A stretch of DNA of 11,913 nucleotides from a virus. Of the stretch, positions 6,935-11,913 are shown piece by piece. Numbering within the stretch: position 1 is the stretch's first letter; every line of letters starts with the position of its first letter. Below the pieces are notes generated by a model. It was not told the DNA's origin. It did no database searches and was given only the letters and a program-made list of their open reading frames with translations. Made by a program: the position numbers and the translations under genes. The DNA lies in the UHGV virus genome UHGV-1560991; one strand, given 5' to 3'.

Positions 6935-7577
6935 GGTTAACCTCCTGCGGCGGTTCCGGTAGCGGCATCCAGTGAGTTGCTTGCTCAATACCATTACCCG
7001 GCTTAATCGTTGCATCTCCGCGCCGAAAGGTGCTTCCGGTATAGCGTGCGGAGCATATTAGCGGTTCAACCAGAGAGCTATCGAAATTCACCGAAATAAG
7101 CACGTTCTGGCCCTTTTCCGGCATTCGCTCACTACAGCTTATCCAACCATCCGGAGTTACCGGATAGTTGCCGGGTTCTTTAATGTGCAAGCGAGGCTCA
7201 CCATCTTTTGGCTCAGGCCACTGGCGCTCCATGTTGATCTTCAATTTATCTTCCATAGCAGCGGTAATTTCAGCATCGCTGATGCCAGCACGGCGCTGTG
7301 CATCCCACAACAGAAACTGCATATCAGCCCACTCGCTAAGATCGTCTGGTTCGGCTGCGGCTTCCAGTGCCTCTTTTGAGAGATGTTTCAGCGGACCAAT
7401 GGGGCCAACGCAGCCAAATGTGGAGTCAGACCATTTGGCATGCTCGTGGCGAATCAGTTCGCGTTCCAGTGATGCCAGTGCAATTCGTGCCAGTTCCATT
7501 TGTTCGCCACGAGTAAGCCCGTTTTCAAGCGGATTTTTAATGAACAATTCAATACGTTCTTTGGTAATAGTGGTCAT
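6927..7577 (-). CDS. DUF550/DUF551-type phage protein (N-terminal region possibly of the dATP/dGTP pyrophosphohydrolase-associated family)
   Basis: 216-aa ORF with AAGGA upstream of the ATG. The C-terminal THWMPLPEPP motif is the characteristic DUF551 signature. The N-terminal half is assigned to DUF550 by recollection only. Confidence 0.7.
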   Translation of the reverse strand: MTTITKERIELFIKNPLENGLTRGEQMELARIALASLERELIRHEHAKWSDSTFGCVGPIGPLKHLSKEALEAAAEPDDLSEWADMQFLLWDAQRRAGISDAEITAAMEDKLKINMERQWPEPKDGEPRLHIKEPGNYPVTPDGWISCSERMPEKGQNVLISVNFDSSLVEPLICSARYTGSTFRRGDATIKPGNGIEQATHWMPLPEPPQEVNRG

Positions 7578-7587
7578 TTGTTAGTCC

Positions 7588-8343
7588 TTAAACTGCTAGT
7601 TGCAATTGCATTTCAAAGCGGTCGCGTTGTTCACAATACGCAAGAGAACCAGGGCTATTGTGTGCCTCAATCCGTTCTACCATTAATGCTGCGCGTGTCT
7701 CTTTACTTGCAGGTGCATAAGCCCCAGACCAGGCTTTATCAATACCGATGTTTCGAGCGACGTTCGTACTATCTGCGCTGGCTAAGGGTAATTTTGTGAA
7801 TATCAGCGGATTTAACATGCGCAATCCATGTAGTTTCGTAACCGGCTGACCATGCCCATCAACAATGTGACGAATCAGGTCTTTCATTCTGGCTACCGCA
7901 AGAGTTGGGCGCTTTACGTCATAGTCGCCACAACTACCGATAGCCACTCGCGGAAACTCATTGCACAAATGAATAAATCGCGCGTCACTTTCATTCATGT
8001 GCCACACTGGAACGCCAGCTAGTTTTCCGTGAGGCCACTCATTCAGAAGCGCATCATTTTCCTCCTCTCCGCCATCAATAATATCCGGGATAATGGCAAA
8101 ATCGAATCCTGGGTGATTCTTCCAGCGAGCAACAAACTCGTAGTAATCGCTCCAGTCGATTTTGTTTTTGCCAGCTGCTTTCCAGGCGGTGAATGCACCG
8201 TTGTCCAGCGCGAACGACTGACAGTATTCAGCCGCGAGATTGATCTGGCCTGAATGCGCAAAACTGATAAACGCATGTCGCCCTTTCCATGCTCTCATTG
8301 CGCACGTATCAGGAGTAATAGGCCCACCGTGGTAGTGAATCAT
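7588..8343 (-). CDS. tRNA-guanine transglycosylase (TGT) superfamily protein, DpdA-like (candidate DNA 7-deazaguanine transglycosylase)
   Basis: By-eye alignment to E. coli Tgt motifs as I remember them: LDNGAF vs TDSGGFQ, FAIIPDIID vs IVMIFDECT, AIGSCGDY vs AVGGLAVGE, LHGLRML vs LMGVGKP, ASADSTNVARN vs FDCVMPTRNARN (nucleophile Asp region). No C-terminal CxCxxC...H zinc motif. Start placed at MIHYHGG (8343), which has AAGGAGAG upstream and sits 1 nt after the Ea22-like stop. The track's longer ORF starts at 8376. Confidence 0.55.
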   Translation of the reverse strand: MIHYHGGPITPDTCAMRAWKGRHAFISFAHSGQINLAAEYCQSFALDNGAFTAWKAAGKNKIDWSDYYEFVARWKNHPGFDFAIIPDIIDGGEEENDALLNEWPHGKLAGVPVWHMNESDARFIHLCNEFPRVAIGSCGDYDVKRPTLAVARMKDLIRHIVDGHGQPVTKLHGLRMLNPLIFTKLPLASADSTNVARNIGIDKAWSGAYAPASKETRAALMVERIEAHNSPGSLAYCEQRDRFEMQLQLAV

Positions 8344-8344
8344 C

Positions 8345-8896
8345 TCACTCTCCTTTGATGCGAATGCCTGTTGCAATGCTGTTTATGATGCTGTCAGTGC
8401 ATGGGGTAGAAAGCTGGGCATCTCCAGCAATTCTCATGACCTCAACATCTGCATATCGAATACCGAGGTGTATCAGACCGGCTATACCTGACTTAAGCCG
8501 AGCATTTTCCATAAACAGATCCTTTGCACGCTGTTTTTCTGCCTCAAGCTCAACGCGCAACTTCCCTACCGTTAACGCAATATCCTCGTTCTCTTGGTCG
8601 CGGCGTTTGATGTATTGCTGGTTTCTTTCCCGTTCATCCAGCAGTGCCAGCACGGTAGCCGGATTGGCTGCGGCGATGAATTCAGCATTGGCCTGCTGTT
8701 CTATTTGGAAATCTTCATCGAAACCGCTTTCAGGATGCGCTCCTTCAATTCTGCAAATGGGAATATATCCAGCAGCCTCGCGATGAATTAGCGCATCATC
8801 ACCATCAAATCGGCCCTCTCCATATTCGAGCGACCACTCGCCACACGTTGCTTTTTCTGCCTTAGCACGCAGTGCCTGATAATCAATCTTGCTCAC
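8345..8896 (-). CDS. Ead/Ea22-like family protein
   Basis: The N-terminus MSKIDYQALRAKAEKATCGEWSL is the characteristic Ea22-like opening, followed by a coiled-coil-like central region. Start overlaps the upstream stop (8893/8896). Confidence 0.75.
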   Translation of the reverse strand: MSKIDYQALRAKAEKATCGEWSLEYGEGRFDGDDALIHREAAGYIPICRIEGAHPESGFDEDFQIEQQANAEFIAAANPATVLALLDERERNQQYIKRRDQENEDIALTVGKLRVELEAEKQRAKDLFMENARLKSGIAGLIHLGIRYADVEVMRIAGDAQLSTPCTDSIINSIATGIRIKGE

Positions 8897-9588
8897 TGGA
8901 TGACTCCTTTACGAAGCTGTTCAGCGATATCTTCGAGAACGCCATCAGAGAATGAGCGGTCAAAATCGCCTTCCGGCGCATTAGCCATAAACTCAGTAGA
9001 GGTAAGAATCATCCGGGCAATATCAGCGGCGTTCTTCGCAGTATCATCAATAAAACCAGCTTCCCAGGCAGCCAGCATTCTGTTCGCCACAAAGTAAGCG
9101 CCCTCCTTGCGTGCTTCAGTCTTCACTTCAGCCAGGAAATCATCGGTGGCTGGGTGTTCTGTCTGGCTATGCATTACCCATTCAGATAAGTACTCGAAGC
9201 AACGGCGAAACTCCTGCCAATCACTGCACATGTTTAGGTTTCCGCCTTCACACTCGAACTGGTAATTCTCTAAACGGTCTGCAAACGCTCTGCCATTCTC
9301 GATGGCACCAAGTGGAGCTTCAGACTTCAGCCCAGCATTCTCCGCCGCCAACGCCGAAAACTTCTCGTGTGCCAACTTAACAGCCGCATCAGCCTGCTTA
9401 ATTGACTCAATCGCTTTCTGGTGGTCTTCGGACAGCGCATTAGCACGCACCAGTTGCACTTCCAGTTGCGTTGCCAAATCGCTGATCAGCTTTGCCACAC
9501 TGCGCATATCAACGGCACCACATTCAGCTTTCAGTTCCGAAGCCATCTCATGCCCGGCGGCAACTAACTCTTTGATATTACTTTCCAT
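8893..9588 (-). CDS. Hypothetical phage protein (231 aa) with an N-terminal coiled-coil-like region
   Basis: Long clean ORF, translationally coupled to the Ea22-like gene. No family recognised. Confidence 0.65.
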   Translation of the reverse strand: MESNIKELVAAGHEMASELKAECGAVDMRSVAKLISDLATQLEVQLVRANALSEDHQKAIESIKQADAAVKLAHEKFSALAAENAGLKSEAPLGAIENGRAFADRLENYQFECEGGNLNMCSDWQEFRRCFEYLSEWVMHSQTEHPATDDFLAEVKTEARKEGAYFVANRMLAAWEAGFIDDTAKNAADIARMILTSTEFMANAPEGDFDRSFSDGVLEDIAEQLRKGVIQ

Positions 9589-9649
9589 CTTTACCCTCGC
9601 TTATCCACATAACTTATTGATTACATTGATAACTAAAAAGATCGTCGAT

Positions 9650-9994
9650 TCAGAACTCTTCGATGTTCCAGCCACCACCTGCTTTCTTTGGTTTAACCGT
9701 TACCCCGATGATTCGGAACGGATACTGATCTGCGGCGACTTTGGTTTTCACTCTGGCGTCGTCGGTCCAGAAACCTTTCACTTCGTGCAGTTCCATCTCG
9801 CCGGTGGCGAGCATCACAGCAAAATCGGGCGTATAGAACGTGTTGTCAGCTAACCGAAGCTTGATACCCTCAAATCGATACCAGACGATTTCTCCTGCAC
9901 GTTTACGCAGCTCAAGGTGCTGGCAATACGCAGATTCTGTTTTGTTCATCTGGCCTGTTTTGAGTCGACCAAGAGCCTGTATCTGTTTTCTCAT
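9650..9994 (-). CDS. DUF1064-family protein (small PD-(D/E)XK-like phage protein)
   Basis: 114-aa ORF with YTPDF...ELHEVKG spacing reminiscent of a D...E-x-K nuclease-like core. This family is common in lambdoid nin-type regions. GAGGGA lies upstream of the ATG. Confidence 0.75.
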   Translation of the reverse strand: MRKQIQALGRLKTGQMNKTESAYCQHLELRKRAGEIVWYRFEGIKLRLADNTFYTPDFAVMLATGEMELHEVKGFWTDDARVKTKVAADQYPFRIIGVTVKPKKAGGGWNIEEF

Positions 9995-10011
9995 GATTTC
10001 CCTCTGAGGTA

Positions 10012-10040
10012 ATTAAAAACCACATAAGACATGAAATCAA
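10012..10040 (-). promoter_or_regulatory. Candidate sigma70-type promoter for the DUF1064 operon
   Basis: On the minus strand: TTGATT, a 17-nt spacer, then TTTAAT, about 17 nt upstream of the DUF1064 start. A short GCGC-GATA-GCGC hairpin plus T7 run lies downstream of the P-like gene in the same gap. Confidence 0.3.
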
Positions 10041-10111
10041 TAGAAATTAGAACATTTTATTACCTAAAAGGTAATCATGTAGGCGTAAAAAAATGCGCTA
10101 TCGCGCTGGTA

Positions 10112-10912
10112 TTACTTGATAAATCCTGCCGCCTTTCCCCGCCTGTATTCCTCCATCAGCCACTGCGCCGGTGTTATTCCCCCCAGGGTGGCGGCGTTAG
10201 GCATGCACCCGAAACTTCGCCCTGGCGGGTGGTAAACGTCTCTCCCTGTGTCCGGAGGCGTACTCATGGGTTCTGGCTTTGCCTGTATGCTGATCACCGG
10301 ATCGGGTATCTGCTGTCCGGAAGCCACCTTTTTCGCCCAATCATCGAGCAGCCTGCGCGCGTGTTTCTCAACCTCAATCTCGCTAAGCTGGCGCTGATAC
10401 ATTGCACGGCGGGTGTCACATACAACCCAGTACATAACCGGATGCCGCCACGGGAATCTTTCGGGACCACCAGGATATAAACTTTTTTCCTTGCTGTACC
10501 GGTGAAACTCCGCCATCACATCGTCAATGGTGACGCCAAGAACCATCTTGCTGTCTTTACACCACTTGATGAATTGCCCTGGCGACGGCCAGAACGGAGA
10601 TTCACTGGCGCGGGCGTGGCGCATACCAGCAGAAACCTGTTCACGGGTTCGGATCCCCCCTTCGGCAAACGCAGCAATCCACTGCTGTTTTGCAGCAGCT
10701 TCCTGCTCTGGCGTCTTCAGGTTGGTTACCACTGCCGCTGGAAACAGTTGTTTCAGCTGTTTGAAAAGGGCATCAACAAGCCTCTCTGCTGACATGTTCA
10801 CCACGTTGTCATTGTTGGTGTACTGATGCTCATAACCTGACATGCGAGAAAGGGCTTCTCCGTCACGGTTTTGTATCGCGGTAAAAACGTTGTTCACAAG
10901 AAATCCTCCCAT
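10112..10912 (-). CDS. Replication protein P-like (DnaB helicase loader, lambda P family)
   Basis: Collinear similarity to lambda P as I recall it: GIRTREQVSAGMRHARASESPFWPSPGQFIKWC vs GITTMEQVNAGMRVARRQNRPFLPSPGQFVAWC, plus an earlier LFPA vs TFPA match. Alternative GTG start at 10897 has GGAGGA 6 nt upstream and forms a GTGA overlap with the O-like stop. Confidence 0.85.
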   Translation of the reverse strand: MGGFLVNNVFTAIQNRDGEALSRMSGYEHQYTNNDNVVNMSAERLVDALFKQLKQLFPAAVVTNLKTPEQEAAAKQQWIAAFAEGGIRTREQVSAGMRHARASESPFWPSPGQFIKWCKDSKMVLGVTIDDVMAEFHRYSKEKSLYPGGPERFPWRHPVMYWVVCDTRRAMYQRQLSEIEVEKHARRLLDDWAKKVASGQQIPDPVISIQAKPEPMSTPPDTGRDVYHPPGRSFGCMPNAATLGGITPAQWLMEEYRRGKAAGFIK

Positions 10913-11733
10913 GCTTCAGGGCTGTTCCAGTGCGGAACGTTGTTATCAGGTAATGTTGATTGCTTCTGTCTGCTAATCTGCAGCCGCCTTGCCAGCTTCT
11001 GCTCCCACTGTGCCTGATGGTATGCCTTACCCTCAGCCATCCAGTAAATTCTGAACTCTGCAAGTTCCTGTGCCGTTGGCAGACTGTCCAGGTAGATCCC
11101 CTGCAATGAGCTTTTCCGAAGAAAGTCATCTGATGGCTGCCATTGTTCATGCATGACAAATTTGCCTAATTGCCCTGGCCCACCAGGAGGAACAAAGTTA
11201 TTCATCACGGCGTTGTTTGCGCCGGGGTCATGAGGCACAGAATCCCCGGTTTTTGTCCTGCTCTCCCTCTCTTGGTTAAATGACTGGTTATATGACTGGT
11301 TCTGGATCCCGTTTTTGGGATCATTCAACATCCCGTTTTTGGGATCATTCAACATCCCGTTTTTGGGATCATTCAACATCTCGTTTTTGGGTATATTCCC
11401 GTTTTCGGGAACATTACCGTTTTCGGGTTCATTACACCCATCTAGGTTGCCTTTAATGTTCCCTTTTTTGGTTATATTAAGAGAGAAAACCCGCACTCTT
11501 TTCGTCGCTCCCTTTCTCTCTCCGGTATCTGAAATAAGCCCCATTTTCATGAGCGATATAAGCCCGGCCTGTACGGTTTTTTTATTCAGGCAAGTGTCTT
11601 TAACGAGGCGTTCTATGCTGGGGTAGCAGAGGTTATATTCATCGGCTCTGTCAGCCATCGAGAGCAGTATGAGCTTTAATGACGAGCTACCTGGATCTGT
11701 CTCCCAGGCCCAATCTGTTGCATGTCTGCTCAT
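10894..11733 (-). CDS. Replication initiator O-like protein (N-terminal HTH DNA-binding domain, internal iteron-encoded repeats)
   Basis: 279-aa ORF immediately upstream of the P-like gene. The coding sequence contains tandem iteron-like DNA repeats that translate to PKNGMLND three times. The N-terminal region looks like a helix-turn-helix domain. Confidence 0.8.
   Translation of the reverse strand: MSRHATDWAWETDPGSSSLKLILLSMADRADEYNLCYPSIERLVKDTCLNKKTVQAGLISLMKMGLISDTGERKGATKRVRVFSLNITKKGNIKGNLDGCNEPENGNVPENGNIPKNEMLNDPKNGMLNDPKNGMLNDPKNGIQNQSYNQSFNQERESRTKTGDSVPHDPGANNAVMNNFVPPGGPGQLGKFVMHEQWQPSDDFLRKSSLQGIYLDSLPTAQELAEFRIYWMAEGKAYHQAQWEQKLARRLQISRQKQSTLPDNNVPHWNSPEAWEDFL
11303..11435. repeat. 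Iteron array (putative phage origin of replication) inside the O-like gene
   Basis: Two exact 24-bp tandem units CATCCCGTTTTTGGGATCATTCAA (11329..11352, 11353..11376), a near-copy ending at 11328 and a degenerate fourth unit at 11377..11400, then two CCGTTTTCGGG units about 19 bp apart. Each unit has TCCC...GGGA dyad symmetry, like the lambda ori iteron TCCCTCAAAACGAGGGA. Confidence 0.75.
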
Positions 11734-11748
11734 GATTAATCTCCGCTA

Positions 11749-11913
11749 TCAGCTTGAATGTTGTGGGGAGGAATTAATCATGATCTGCTTAATCTCTGCC
11801 CTGATGCGACGGTTTGATTCCATGGTGCACTCAACACAGTGTCCGTTGTAAACCCAGCGTTCACTGTCATGTCCGTGCTTACCCAGATCGGGCGATGTGA
11901 TGAGACAGAGATC
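11749..11913 (-). CDS. Partial ORF (C-terminal 54 codons) of the gene upstream of O, possible Cys/His-containing regulator
   Basis: Minus-strand frame open from the window edge to a TGA at 11751..11749. Translation is ...CLITSPDLGKHGHDSERWVYNGHCVECTMESNRRIRAEIKQIM.... No family recognised. The overlapping plus-strand ORF (11669..11851) looks less protein-like. Confidence 0.3.
   Translation of the reverse strand, partial: DLCLITSPDLGKHGHDSERWVYNGHCVECTMESNRRIRAEIKQIMINSSPQHSS

Noticed and set aside
7168-9853. Plus-strand ORFs 7168..7584, 8355..8786 and 9302..9853
   Set aside because: Each lies antisense within a supported minus-strand gene (DUF550/DUF551, Ea22-like, 231-aa protein) and gives Ser/Ala/Cys-rich low-complexity translations.
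10031-10826. Plus-strand ORFs 10031..10480, 10502..10792 and 10527..10826 antisense to the P-like gene
   Set aside because: Embedded in a gene with clear lambda-P similarity; the translations have no recognisable features.
11303-11435. Tandem 24-bp repeats considered as a possible CRISPR array
   Set aside because: Units are directly adjacent with no unique spacers, number only about four, lie inside a coding sequence, and have the dyad symmetry and gene context of replication-origin iterons.

Overview
This window reads as a temperate-phage (prophage) segment of an enterobacterial-type genome, with almost all genes on the minus strand. In transcription order (right to left) it carries a lambda-like replication module (O-like initiator with an internal iteron origin, then a P-like helicase loader), a run of small accessory genes (DUF1064, a coiled-coil protein, Ead/Ea22-like, a TGT/DpdA-like transglycosylase, a DUF550/DUF551 protein, an ASCH protein, an RHH plus Cys-rich protein), and then a packaging and head module (terminase small and large subunits, a T7/epsilon15-type portal, a small protein, and a truncated acidic scaffold-like ORF running off the left edge). 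Between terminase and portal sits a plus-strand island with a tRNA-Arg(UCU), hairpin terminators, a small plus-strand gene and about 400 bp of unexplained non-coding sequence. No Q-like antiterminator, lysis cassette, integrase or CRISPR array was recognised. The candidate most worth follow-up is the TGT-like (DpdA-like) gene and its neighbours, which may form a DNA or nucleotide modification / anti-restriction module. All family assignments come from reading the translations against remembered family signatures; no database search was run.
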